From: an uncultured Saprospiraceae bacterium | GTDB lineage: Bacteria > Bacteroidota > Bacteroidia > Chitinophagales > Saprospiraceae | NCBI GenBank assembly: GCA_963793295.1 | Contig: CAWBZX010000031.1 | Location: 45 to 64,044 of the forward strand | Reading direction: 5' to 3' | DNA length: 64,000 bases | Shown here: one piece after another, positions 1 to 8,734 of the stretch | Layout of the letters: the number at the start of each line of letters is the position of its first letter | Numbering within the stretch: position 1 is the stretch's first letter | Notes under the pieces: generated by a model | Told to the model about the DNA's origin: nothing | The model's input: only the letters and a program-made list of their open reading frames with translations | Databases searched by the model: none | Made by a program: the position numbers and the translations under genes

Positions 1-149
1 AAATCCGGTAGCTTAATTTGTCGAATGTCAAAATAAACGGGTTCATCTGAAAAATGGGCAAACAATCTTTGCTTGAAAACCGATTGGAGGTAATCAAGGG
101 TTTTTGAAACTGTTGATTTGCTGATCGTTTTTTTAAAAGTTGTTGGCAT
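1..149 (-). CDS. 5' end of a gene that continues past the left edge; possibly the eCIS AAA+ ATPase (Afp15/Pvc15 position)
   Basis: ATG at 149..147 lies 9 nt after the stop of the DUF4157 gene. The frame stays open to base 1 (MPTTFKKTISKSTVSKTLDYLQSVFKQRLFAHFSDEPVYFDIRQIKLPD...). Identity is inferred only from gene order in Afp/PVC-type loci; no Walker motif is visible in the 49 codons present. Confidence 0.35.
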   Translation of the reverse strand, partial: MPTTFKKTISKSTVSKTLDYLQSVFKQRLFAHFSDEPVYFDIRQIKLPD

Positions 150-158
150 AATAAAATT

Positions 159-1517
159 TTAAGACCCGCAAACAATAGGAAAGGTTTCGCCCGGCTTAGC
201 ATTGGCCTGATGATATTTGTCAATGGTGTAACCTACACAATCCGTTCTTTTCTTACTGAATGCATCCATTTTATTACCGTATTCTCCTCGTGCTGTTTTA
301 TATGTTTCCACTGCTTTTAGAAAATCGGCTTTTTTCGTGCCAACGCCAGCCGGAAATTTCGGAAATGGATTATCCGTCAGATATTTCAAAAAATCAGTAC
401 CGTGACTTCCTTCATGAAAGCGTAAAGTAGTGTTTCCGGCTTTTTTATCCGCTGCGGTTGTGCCTTTTCCGTAGGCAGAAGTTCCACTTGGTTTTACGGT
501 CAGGCCGTAGGTAGTTTTGATAATTACTTTAGGAATTTTCGGAGGATTTTTGACTTTTGTAATAATTCCATTGGTATCTGTTTCATAGCCTCCATAACTC
601 CAACTTTTAGGTTTCATGCTGATTTCCGTTTCTCCACCACTTTTACCTTTTACAAAAACGTCAGGATGGATTTCAACTTTTACATCATTAATCGTCAAAG
701 AATGGATGCCCGTAGATTTGTTCTTAGTTGCAGTATCTGGGACAGGCGTGCTAACTTTGGAGTCATCTAATTTTTGGATTGATTCTCCTTTTTGCTGTAT
801 GGTATGTGTCAGTTCATGCGCCAATAAGTGTTTTCCTGCTGAAGTTTCAGGATTGTATTTCCCTTTGTTGAAATAAATATCTTTACCATGAGTGAAAGCC
901 TGAGCATTTATTGAAGCACTGAGCTTTTCAGCGTTTACATCTTTATGAATATTTACATTGCTAAAATCAGCGCCAAATCCCTTTTCCATTTCCTGTCTTA
1001 TTCCTTTTGAAAGTGGTTCACCACCGGAAGTTTGGGACCTCAATTTAGTTTCAAAACTTGGAGAGGCTTCTGCAGTCTGATGACTGTTTTCTTTCATTTG
1101 CAACTCTTCTTCCTCTTCTTCCAAAGGCTGCATCTGGAGTTCCTCCTCCTCTTCTTCTAAAGGTTGCATTTGCAACTCTTCTTCCTCCTCCTGCTCCTGA
1201 CGTTGGATTTCAAATTTTGCCTGGGCTTCTTCCTCCTCACAATCCTCGCATTTTGCCTGGATTTTTGGATTTAAAGCGGAGGAAGAATCCTTGGCTTTGG
1301 ACTCGTTGACCAATTGGTCAGCCATTGCATCAGCTTCCTGCTCGAATTTATCGTTGGGTGGTCCGATGGTGAGTTTCGGCTGAACAGTAAAAAATGGATT
1401 GGAGCTCTTTTGATCAAAGAACTTAGTATCTCCGGATTTTTCAGATAAGTTGAAAAAAGGTTTGAAGTTCGTGGCTTCTGAACTTTTTTCGTTTCTTTTT
1501 TTTGAAATTGTTTTCAT
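159..1517 (-). CDS. DUF4157 (eCIS-associated metallopeptidase-like) domain protein with an extra C-terminal HExxH domain; candidate effector or accessory protein
   Basis: N-terminal KLTIGPPNDKFEQEADAMADQLV motif is typical of DUF4157 proteins. DUF4157 core FSNVNIHKD...AQAFTHGKDIYFNKGKY...LLAHELTHTIQQ (HELTH at 804..818). Second HExxH (FHEGSHG, 402..416) lies in an unassigned C-terminal domain of about 200 aa. An acidic tandem repeat (EEEEEELQMQPL, three copies) occupies about 1095..1200. Confidence 0.75.
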   Translation of the reverse strand: MKTISKKRNEKSSEATNFKPFFNLSEKSGDTKFFDQKSSNPFFTVQPKLTIGPPNDKFEQEADAMADQLVNESKAKDSSSALNPKIQAKCEDCEEEEAQAKFEIQRQEQEEEEELQMQPLEEEEEELQMQPLEEEEEELQMKENSHQTAEASPSFETKLRSQTSGGEPLSKGIRQEMEKGFGADFSNVNIHKDVNAEKLSASINAQAFTHGKDIYFNKGKYNPETSAGKHLLAHELTHTIQQKGESIQKLDDSKVSTPVPDTATKNKSTGIHSLTINDVKVEIHPDVFVKGKSGGETEISMKPKSWSYGGYETDTNGIITKVKNPPKIPKVIIKTTYGLTVKPSGTSAYGKGTTAADKKAGNTTLRFHEGSHGTDFLKYLTDNPFPKFPAGVGTKKADFLKAVETYKTARGEYGNKMDAFSKKRTDCVGYTIDKYHQANAKPGETFPIVCGS

Positions 1518-1518
1518 A

Positions 1519-2928
1519 TTAAGCCCATTCTACCTGAAGCATATTTTTCATCCATGGCAATTTGATGATAGAAATGCTCCAGGGTAATTTAGAAATCAAA
1601 ATATCAAAAGTAGCGTGCTGAATAAATAAATTCCAGCTGCCGTTTTCATTTTTTGTGAGTTTTCCTTCTCGTTGTAAAAAGGTATTTCTCAAACTTTCGG
1701 GAGAAGTATTTTTTAAAGCTGACCAGTGTTTTATAACTGCATTTAATAATTGCTCAGCTTCGGCTTTTATTTTTTCATTTAAAATGAGGTCTTTTTCAAT
1801 AGGTACTGAAAGCGGAATATCACAAAGTATTTTGTTTAGGATCAATTCATTTTCAAAAGATTGTGACTTTCCGGTAGCCAAATATTGTAATAAAAGTGCA
1901 GCCTGATTTTTTGCATGGAAGTCTTTAAAAATATTTTTTTCAGTTAAACCTAAACTTTCAAAAAAGAGTACAAAGAAAGGATGCAATAATACGAGACCGG
2001 CATTGATGGTATACCACTCTTTTTGATCAGGTTTTAACTCAGTCTTTCGTTCAGATTTTTTTATTGTTTTTTTAATGGTCTTCTTTTCGGATATTGTTTT
2101 TTCTAAATTCTTTTCAATGTTCAAATGTATACTTTGAACTGCTTTTTGAAGTTTCATTAAAAACGCATTATCGACAATTTTCAATTCATTTAAAACTTTG
2201 TTGACTAGCTTTTTAGAAGAAATAACAGATTTTTCAGACTGTAAAAAGTAGTCGATTGTCGATTTGAAAATATCGATTTTGACTTCTTCAAAGGATTTGT
2301 TTTTAAAAAACAAGCCGTAAAAAACGAACAGCCACAATTGATTGCGGACTTCAGTGGAACGATAAAATGTTGACAATATCTGTTGCAAATCCTTAATAAA
2401 TTCAATCAGGTTTTGGTTTTTGACCAGGGTTTGTAAAAATGTATCACTAAACTGGAAAACCAATCTTTTTAACTTGTCCGGATCATTTCCCAAAATGGAA
2501 GCCACAGCTGGAATTTGATTTTCTCCCATTATTTTGTTCTCTAATTCCATGACTGACTCGGTTTTCGCCCACCAGGGGAAATATCCGTATTCTAGAAAGT
2601 ACCGAAATAGATCAGATTCCATTTCGGATGATTCTTCTGAATTTTGCTGAACTTTTTCCAGCTTTTGAGAAAGCTGCTCTAAAAATTGCCTGATAAACTG
2701 ATCTTCAAAACGGATCGGATCAGCAACATTCATTTCTATGGAAAGGTTGTCCAGACGAATATTCCGATCTCCACCAAATCGATCAAAGACCTTTTCCATT
2801 TCCGGCAGTAGTTTCTGTTGGAAAACTTCAACTGATCGTTTATCTAATTGTTTCCCGTTTCCTTCCGAAGGGGTATTAAACTCCAGGCAAAATTTTTCGA
2901 TGATATGTTTTGAACCGTTTGTCATCAA
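1519..2928 (-). CDS. Putative contractile-injection-system tape measure protein (Afp14/Pvc14 position)
   Basis: 469 aa with a helix-prone, K/E/L/Q-rich composition. Hydrophobic segment INAGLVLLHPFFVLFFESLGL resembles what I recall from Bacteroidota CIS tape-measure proteins. Sits between the baseplate-distal genes and the DUF4157 gene; start overlaps the upstream stop and it ends 1 nt before the next start. Confidence 0.5.
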   Translation of the reverse strand: MMTNGSKHIIEKFCLEFNTPSEGNGKQLDKRSVEVFQQKLLPEMEKVFDRFGGDRNIRLDNLSIEMNVADPIRFEDQFIRQFLEQLSQKLEKVQQNSEESSEMESDLFRYFLEYGYFPWWAKTESVMELENKIMGENQIPAVASILGNDPDKLKRLVFQFSDTFLQTLVKNQNLIEFIKDLQQILSTFYRSTEVRNQLWLFVFYGLFFKNKSFEEVKIDIFKSTIDYFLQSEKSVISSKKLVNKVLNELKIVDNAFLMKLQKAVQSIHLNIEKNLEKTISEKKTIKKTIKKSERKTELKPDQKEWYTINAGLVLLHPFFVLFFESLGLTEKNIFKDFHAKNQAALLLQYLATGKSQSFENELILNKILCDIPLSVPIEKDLILNEKIKAEAEQLLNAVIKHWSALKNTSPESLRNTFLQREGKLTKNENGSWNLFIQHATFDILISKLPWSISIIKLPWMKNMLQVEWA

Positions 2929-5702
2929 CCTATTTTAAATCTCGAAAGGATATCTTTCATCACGGGTTTGTTTGCTGCTGACCGTTTGATCTCTTTTACT
3001 TTTTTTGTCGTATTGGTCAGTTTCACCTTTTTTGAAAACGACTCGCTTTCTTTTCTAATAATTTCAAGTGCTTTTGCTTCATCTCCTGTTGCATCAACAT
3101 CGCTTCCCTTAGCTGCCATCATGCCGAGCATTGATGAAGCCATCGTATCAAAATTGGTTGAAAGGGCAACCAAAGTAGCTTTGTCCTCATTGCTTGGATT
3201 TTCTTTCGCCTCCAGGATACGGATCATTTCACCGGTTCTGGACATGTTTTCAGACATTAGTCCAAGCGCAGGATTTTCGAAAACGCGTCCCCCGGGATTG
3301 GTAATTCCTCCAGGCGTATCTATAACTGGACCAACTGGTCTGGTGCCAACACTTATCCCTCTTAGCCAACTTACGTCTGTAGTTATGGTTCCAATGTTTT
3401 GTTCAACCAACTGGAATTTACTACTCAAATCTAGTTGTGCTGTCAGCAGGTTTTTAGTTTCCGGAAATTTGAAAACATCAAATTTGTCAATAAAATTAAT
3501 CGTTGGCGGACGAAAAACGCCTATTGGTGGATCAACCTCAACCTTTGGAGGAGGAGTGGGTTCCACTTCGGGTTCGATCTCGATCACACAGCAACCCGGT
3601 AGACAAAAATCTGCGACAATCCGTTGTTTCTTTTCGTCTTCAGCGGAGACATAAACCAAAACGAAAGTGCCGCCTTTGGGTACTCCTGAAAGATGCTCCA
3701 ATCCAGTATTTTGATTATAAAATTTGTCAAAAATATATTGCTGGATCACCTTTTCTTTTTTCTTTCGGAAAAGATCAACCAGCCGATCAAAGCGTTTGAA
3801 TTGATTGTCCAGAACAAAACGGTGCAGTGGAGTCTCGTTTTTTGTTTGAGTTAAAGGATAGACTTTTTCATTTATTTTGTAACCGAGATCTACCGCTTCG
3901 TTGTAATTGCTTTTGAATGAAGTGAAATTTTTATCAAAGGTTCCAAGCTTCGCATACATCAAATTGTTGACCTGTTCGGTTTTGGTATTTAAAGTAGCAA
4001 CTTCCGTTTTTGCAATTTTTAATTTTGCGAGTGCTGCTTCGTTCTCCTTAAAATCATTGGATGCTTCAGCTTCTGTTGCCTTGGTAGTCAGTTCGTTGTT
4101 AAACTTTCCAACGACACTCATATTGGCATTCAGGTCTTCCCGATAATGATGCAGTAAAACATCAAGTGCCGGAAATTTCAATCTTGGCGGCCGAACTGTT
4201 TTAATTTCATCTTCAATTTGCACGGTAACGATATTGAAGGAAAGGTTAAACTCTTTTTTCAATTTTTCAAGATTCTTCTCAACCTCATTAACCGGTTGAC
4301 CAAGATGTCCTTCTATTCGATAAAAATTATATTCCTCAATATTGAAATTCAAAGGATTTCGGGCTTGGTCGGACTCGCTGTATTTATCTGCCCAGAAACC
4401 TAAAATTCCTGAAGATTGGTTTCTCACGGTCTTTTCAAAACTCCAAAATTGATTCAAATAAGGTTTCCGACTCTTGAATGCGTAATAGTAGGGGATAGAT
4501 TTTTGATCCAAAGTATAATCTCCATTTTTAGAAGGAGTGATTTTTAGCTTGAAACTATTGTTGTTGGGAATTTTAAAACCATCAATCATCGTGTCAATTC
4601 GCAGATGTAATTGCTGTGCTTTTTTTACATTTTTATCTTTATGATTCAAAATTGGTGATTCACAAAAATGGTGACGATATGCTGCTGGTAAATTACTGTT
4701 TTCAGCGACAAGCTCTCTAGCCATCACATGCTTAGGATGTTTGGATGGGTTCGGACAGCATTCCACAGAAATATCAAAAATCGCTTCCTTAAATTCAGTA
4801 TAAGCTTGAGCCAGATCTTTCATGAAATTGTAGATATAAAGTACATCCGGCCGATCATTGATATTGATGTTTTTGAAAGTAGAACTTAATTTTGAAACCC
4901 AGTTGTCAACGGGCCGTTTATTATAAAGCGGTGCGATTAAATGTTGAATAAAATCATCATCTCTGCCACCTCCGGCAACTTTTAAACCGCTGATCAGCGA
5001 TTCACTGGAAACCTGGATCGCGTTTCTAAACCTTTCCAATAAATTTTCTTCATGGGTGATGACTTTATTGTGAAAATTCACTCTTTGAATATGCACATCA
5101 GGCAGATTGAAAAAAGTGTTTTGTGACTTTCCACGGATGCGATCAAGGTCACTTTTTGCGATGAGCAGCGGGATGAGTTGTGCTCGTTGTTTCATACCCT
5201 GATTGTCGCAATCCACTTCCGTACAATCTTCGGGTGGTTCCAGATAGCTGTTGAGATACAATACCAAAACCATGTTACCGATCTTTCGATTTCGATTGGT
5301 AAATTTTTCAATTGGAGTCAATCCGTTTTCTTTTGCATCTTTCGGAAACAATTGCCAAAGTTCGAATGAAGCTTGAGCATCTTCCTTTTGAAAAGGTTGG
5401 TATTTAGCTCTTTTGTCATCAAACTTTTTGAATTGTGAAAAATTTGTCGCCTCATCAATATGAATCAGGTCGCCATCAGAAGTAATCGCAGCTCCTTTGG
5501 AAACGGTGATCGTTTTCTCATTCAAAGAAACATCCAGCCCGCAGACAATTCCTGTCCCGATGAGTTTGGTTCTTGTCAGGCGGTCTCTTCGATCCAAAAA
5601 ATCAATGACTGAATTTAGGTGGGTAGCTGTCAAAACCTGATTGTCTTCAAAGTAGTGGAATTCTTCAACCAGGTGATTCAATTTTATTGCAACATTTTCC
5701 AT
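2925..5702 (-). CDS. Uncharacterised 925-aa eCIS protein at the tail-fibre (Afp13) position
   Basis: Long ORF, ATGA overlap with the downstream gene. No family recognised by eye. Pro-rich linker (EIEPEVEPTPPPKVEVDPPIGVFRPPT) separates a large N-terminal region from a C-terminal region of about 200 aa. Function inferred from position only. Confidence 0.6.
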   Translation of the reverse strand: MENVAIKLNHLVEEFHYFEDNQVLTATHLNSVIDFLDRRDRLTRTKLIGTGIVCGLDVSLNEKTITVSKGAAITSDGDLIHIDEATNFSQFKKFDDKRAKYQPFQKEDAQASFELWQLFPKDAKENGLTPIEKFTNRNRKIGNMVLVLYLNSYLEPPEDCTEVDCDNQGMKQRAQLIPLLIAKSDLDRIRGKSQNTFFNLPDVHIQRVNFHNKVITHEENLLERFRNAIQVSSESLISGLKVAGGGRDDDFIQHLIAPLYNKRPVDNWVSKLSSTFKNININDRPDVLYIYNFMKDLAQAYTEFKEAIFDISVECCPNPSKHPKHVMARELVAENSNLPAAYRHHFCESPILNHKDKNVKKAQQLHLRIDTMIDGFKIPNNNSFKLKITPSKNGDYTLDQKSIPYYYAFKSRKPYLNQFWSFEKTVRNQSSGILGFWADKYSESDQARNPLNFNIEEYNFYRIEGHLGQPVNEVEKNLEKLKKEFNLSFNIVTVQIEDEIKTVRPPRLKFPALDVLLHHYREDLNANMSVVGKFNNELTTKATEAEASNDFKENEAALAKLKIAKTEVATLNTKTEQVNNLMYAKLGTFDKNFTSFKSNYNEAVDLGYKINEKVYPLTQTKNETPLHRFVLDNQFKRFDRLVDLFRKKKEKVIQQYIFDKFYNQNTGLEHLSGVPKGGTFVLVYVSAEDEKKQRIVADFCLPGCCVIEIEPEVEPTPPPKVEVDPPIGVFRPPTINFIDKFDVFKFPETKNLLTAQLDLSSKFQLVEQNIGTITTDVSWLRGISVGTRPVGPVIDTPGGITNPGGRVFENPALGLMSENMSRTGEMIRILEAKENPSNEDKATLVALSTNFDTMASSMLGMMAAKGSDVDATGDEAKALEIIRKESESFSKKVKLTNTTKKVKEIKRSAANKPVMKDILSRFKIG

Positions 5703-5813
5703 AGAACAGGTTTTTTATTCTTTTTAAAAATCAATTTGATTTTAACATTTTTCTTTATAGTTTAACTTGATAGGTTCTCAAAAAGAACCCAACTCAAATT
5801 GAAAATCATTTAC

Positions 5814-5883
5814 CACTTAGGCACTAAGTCCACTAAGTAGACACTAAGTCTTTGTGTTTCTAAGTGACCTTAGTGGCTTAGTG
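5814..5883. repeat. Heptamer dyad array: 4 x CACTAAG/CACTTAG followed by 3 x CTTAGTG/CTAAGTG
   Basis: Forward copies at 5814, 5822, 5831, 5842. Reverse-complement copies at 5860, 5869, 5877. It lies in the only large (206 bp) non-coding gap of the eCIS operon and can fold as a long imperfect stem-loop in several registers. A small GGTTC/GAACC hairpin sits at 5773..5789. Confidence 0.8.
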
Positions 5884-5908
5884 GTTATAAGTTTTTATGT
5901 CAATACCG

Positions 5909-8734
5909 CTAACCATTATTATTGTCGTCTTCTGGATCATTACTTTCAATAATTTCCTCTTGATTTCCGATATGTGTTTTGCCTAGAATCACCGGGTTTT
6001 CATCGTCTCCTTCCTCGCAATCATGTAATGTGCCGGGAGGATAAATCGTGTACAATTCATCCAGAAAATCAATTAATTCATTCAATGGAAATTGGCCCAG
6101 GCTAGGTTGTACACAATGCTCTTGTTGGTAATCCAGCCAGTTTTTATAAAGCTTTTCCAGTTGGCTCATTTGTTCTGCTCCGATCCAGCAAATTCGCGGT
6201 AGAATATGAGCGGGCAGTTCTGTCCGAATCAATTTTTCGACATATTTTCTGAAATCAATATTAGAAAATCGAGGCGTATATCCTGGAAAAACGATACTCA
6301 CTCTGAAAGAATAAGGATCAAGCGGACCGCAAACATCACAATCCGGTTCTGTGCAAACCGGTAAAAAGTTGTCGTCAGATTTTCTGTGGCGCAGCAGAAT
6401 GTTTTCGATCACATAAAATCCTTCTTCGCTGTACTTTTCGTTTAGAAAATCAATGAGGTAATCGATGGCATTGAGGCGATCATTTTCTGAATCGAAATAT
6501 TCAATTCTTCTGGCTACCACTTCACCGTCTTTGTTGATGATATTAAAATAAAACCGACCATCTTCTGTTTCCAAAAGATCGTAGTTTTCCATAAACAAAG
6601 CCAAATTGACCGATTGGCGCATTTCTTTTATTGCTTCGTTTTCATCATGATAATGCATGCTGCTACTCAAAATGATTTTGGCTTTGTCAGCATCTACGAC
6701 TCGCCACCGGTGTTCAACGACATCATCATCGTCTATTTCCTGGTAAATGGTGTACTCGATGCTGGAAAGGTTGCGCCGTTTATAATTGTGAATTCCTGCG
6801 AGCCTGGCTGCTCTGCGAACAATCCCGGAGGCATTAATTTGCTCAATGGGTACATCCATGTCTTCTTGCGTGTACCACATTAAATTTTCGAAAGTATTGC
6901 CTTGGCTATCAACTGAAGTTGCATTGCAATAATCAAAAGCTTTTGCCCTGTTTTGGCTGATAAACTGATATTCTTTAAGAAAAGCAATTTTATCACGAAT
7001 CAATTCCTGATCCGCTCGCTTTCTTCTGAAGAGTCGATGCATCAGCATGACGTATTCATTGAAGCTCTCCGCAAAACGAGCTAAAAGATGATCCAGAAAT
7101 TTGTTCTTGCGTTGGGTGAAAATATCGCTTGTTTCAGCATCATTATGTTCTCCGGTAAGATCATAAAAGATTGGACCCAACTTTTGAAAGAAGTCTTTAA
7201 TTTGCACGGAATCTGCTTTTTCTATTCCTTCTTCTGCAAGATATTGTTGGAAATAAGTGTAGATTTCTTCAATGCCTTTCACTTCATTTACGACCTGAGA
7301 AAAATAGGTTTTTCGAAATGAATTGTCTGCTGAAAGCAGATTTTTTACATTAGAAAGCTGAGCAAAATAGTTTGCTAAAACCTGATCAAAAAATAACAGG
7401 TAGCCTTTTAATTGCTTCGTTTGAGCGACTCTTTCAATGGTGACATTACCTGGTATTCCATCTTGCCCGATTCCATAAGTCAGCGGAAAATCATTTTGAA
7501 TCGAATGATATTGATCAATGTTTTTGAAATTCCCTAGAGGAATCGGAAGGTCCAGCTCTGTTTTTGCAATAGCTGTCAATTGCTCTTTTTCAGCTTCGTG
7601 CAGTTCCAAATATTTGCTTTCCATTTCTTCCCGGAAAGGGACAAAAGGCAACAAATCTTTATAAAAATTGAAAACCGATTTGGGTTTGTTTTCTTCCGTG
7701 TTTTCTCCGGCCGCTTTTTTGAGAATGGATTTGGTAAGGTCCAAAACGGGCTGATGTCCATCTTTTACAGGAAGGCACCATTTGTAGCCCTCCACTTCTT
7801 TCCGGTCTGCCGATTTGGAATAATTGAGAAACAATTCCCGAATTGCTTTTACACCCTCCACACTCATGATTACCCGGATCACATCGGAGACAAAAACATT
7901 CTTTCGCAGCGTTGCATTTTCAAGTTCTTCATCGTCGATAAAGCCGTTTTTAAGTATTGGCCCTTCAAATATTTGCTCAATAGATCGACCTTTTTCGAGA
8001 AGGTCTTTTATAGAATATCTTCTAATATTTGGTGTCAAATATTGTTCGAGATCAAAAAGTATCTGCGCCCAAACAGTTTCGATATCTGCATCATTTTCCA
8101 ATTCAATATCAGCGCAGACCATTATTTCCTGCTGCGGAACGATCATAATATTGTTTAAATCTTCACAAAGATTTCGGTTTCGATGGTATAAAGATTTGGC
8201 TTCGCGAAGGGTTGATTTTTTTTGTGTTTCGGATAAGTTTTCATCCAGTTCCAGCAAAATATCATACAAACCGTTCAGCTGAATGGTTGTTGAAGGATTG
8301 TTTTGTTTGGATAGTTTTTTGACAATTTCACTTTCCTTGCAATCAACCAAATAAGAGACAGCAGCTTTCGACAACCAGGCATTTTTTACCTTGGGAAGGT
8401 CGATAAAAAGCTTTCGGTAATCGTTTTCAGTAACTGGTCCGGAGGTTAAAATCTGAGCAGCGGTCAGAAACTGTTTGCGCATCTCCCCGTGATTATCCTT
8501 TTCAGAAGCCAGAATATCTTCAATAGGGAATGCCGTCCTTTGCCCAAGGTCAGTAATTGCGTAGCAAAGCATTTCGAGAATCGTAATTCCCGGATCATGT
8601 GTGTTGTAATCCGTCCAGATATCGCTAGCCAATTGTTCGATATACTTCAAGCCCTCTTCGCGCAAAAGCTGGTAGTTGAGCGCCGTAATTTTGGACTTTT
8701 CTTTCGATATGGTAATTGGTGCTTTCATTGACAA
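5909..8734 (-). CDS. Large baseplate wedge protein (Afp12/Pvc12-like position)
   Basis: 941 aa. N-terminal WTDYNTHDPGITILEMLCYAITDLGQRT resembles the conserved N-terminal motif of CIS/phage baseplate assembly proteins. The start overlaps the end of the baseplate-J gene by 10 nt. Confidence 0.55.
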   Translation of the reverse strand: MSMKAPITISKEKSKITALNYQLLREEGLKYIEQLASDIWTDYNTHDPGITILEMLCYAITDLGQRTAFPIEDILASEKDNHGEMRKQFLTAAQILTSGPVTENDYRKLFIDLPKVKNAWLSKAAVSYLVDCKESEIVKKLSKQNNPSTTIQLNGLYDILLELDENLSETQKKSTLREAKSLYHRNRNLCEDLNNIMIVPQQEIMVCADIELENDADIETVWAQILFDLEQYLTPNIRRYSIKDLLEKGRSIEQIFEGPILKNGFIDDEELENATLRKNVFVSDVIRVIMSVEGVKAIRELFLNYSKSADRKEVEGYKWCLPVKDGHQPVLDLTKSILKKAAGENTEENKPKSVFNFYKDLLPFVPFREEMESKYLELHEAEKEQLTAIAKTELDLPIPLGNFKNIDQYHSIQNDFPLTYGIGQDGIPGNVTIERVAQTKQLKGYLLFFDQVLANYFAQLSNVKNLLSADNSFRKTYFSQVVNEVKGIEEIYTYFQQYLAEEGIEKADSVQIKDFFQKLGPIFYDLTGEHNDAETSDIFTQRKNKFLDHLLARFAESFNEYVMLMHRLFRRKRADQELIRDKIAFLKEYQFISQNRAKAFDYCNATSVDSQGNTFENLMWYTQEDMDVPIEQINASGIVRRAARLAGIHNYKRRNLSSIEYTIYQEIDDDDVVEHRWRVVDADKAKIILSSSMHYHDENEAIKEMRQSVNLALFMENYDLLETEDGRFYFNIINKDGEVVARRIEYFDSENDRLNAIDYLIDFLNEKYSEEGFYVIENILLRHRKSDDNFLPVCTEPDCDVCGPLDPYSFRVSIVFPGYTPRFSNIDFRKYVEKLIRTELPAHILPRICWIGAEQMSQLEKLYKNWLDYQQEHCVQPSLGQFPLNELIDFLDELYTIYPPGTLHDCEEGDDENPVILGKTHIGNQEEIIESNDPEDDNNNG

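Noticed and set aside
2968-3654. 228-aa plus-strand ORF and many similar antisense ORFs, e.g. 616..876, 7580..8158, 7824..8282, 12675..12998, 13474..13830, 16365..16751, 27125..27449, 29515..29880, 48861..49448, 51748..52287, 59860..60183
   Set aside because: All lie fully inside longer opposite-strand genes that have clear family motifs. Their translations are low-complexity or hydrophobic shadow sequences with no recognisable motif. They are treated as non-coding frame shadows.
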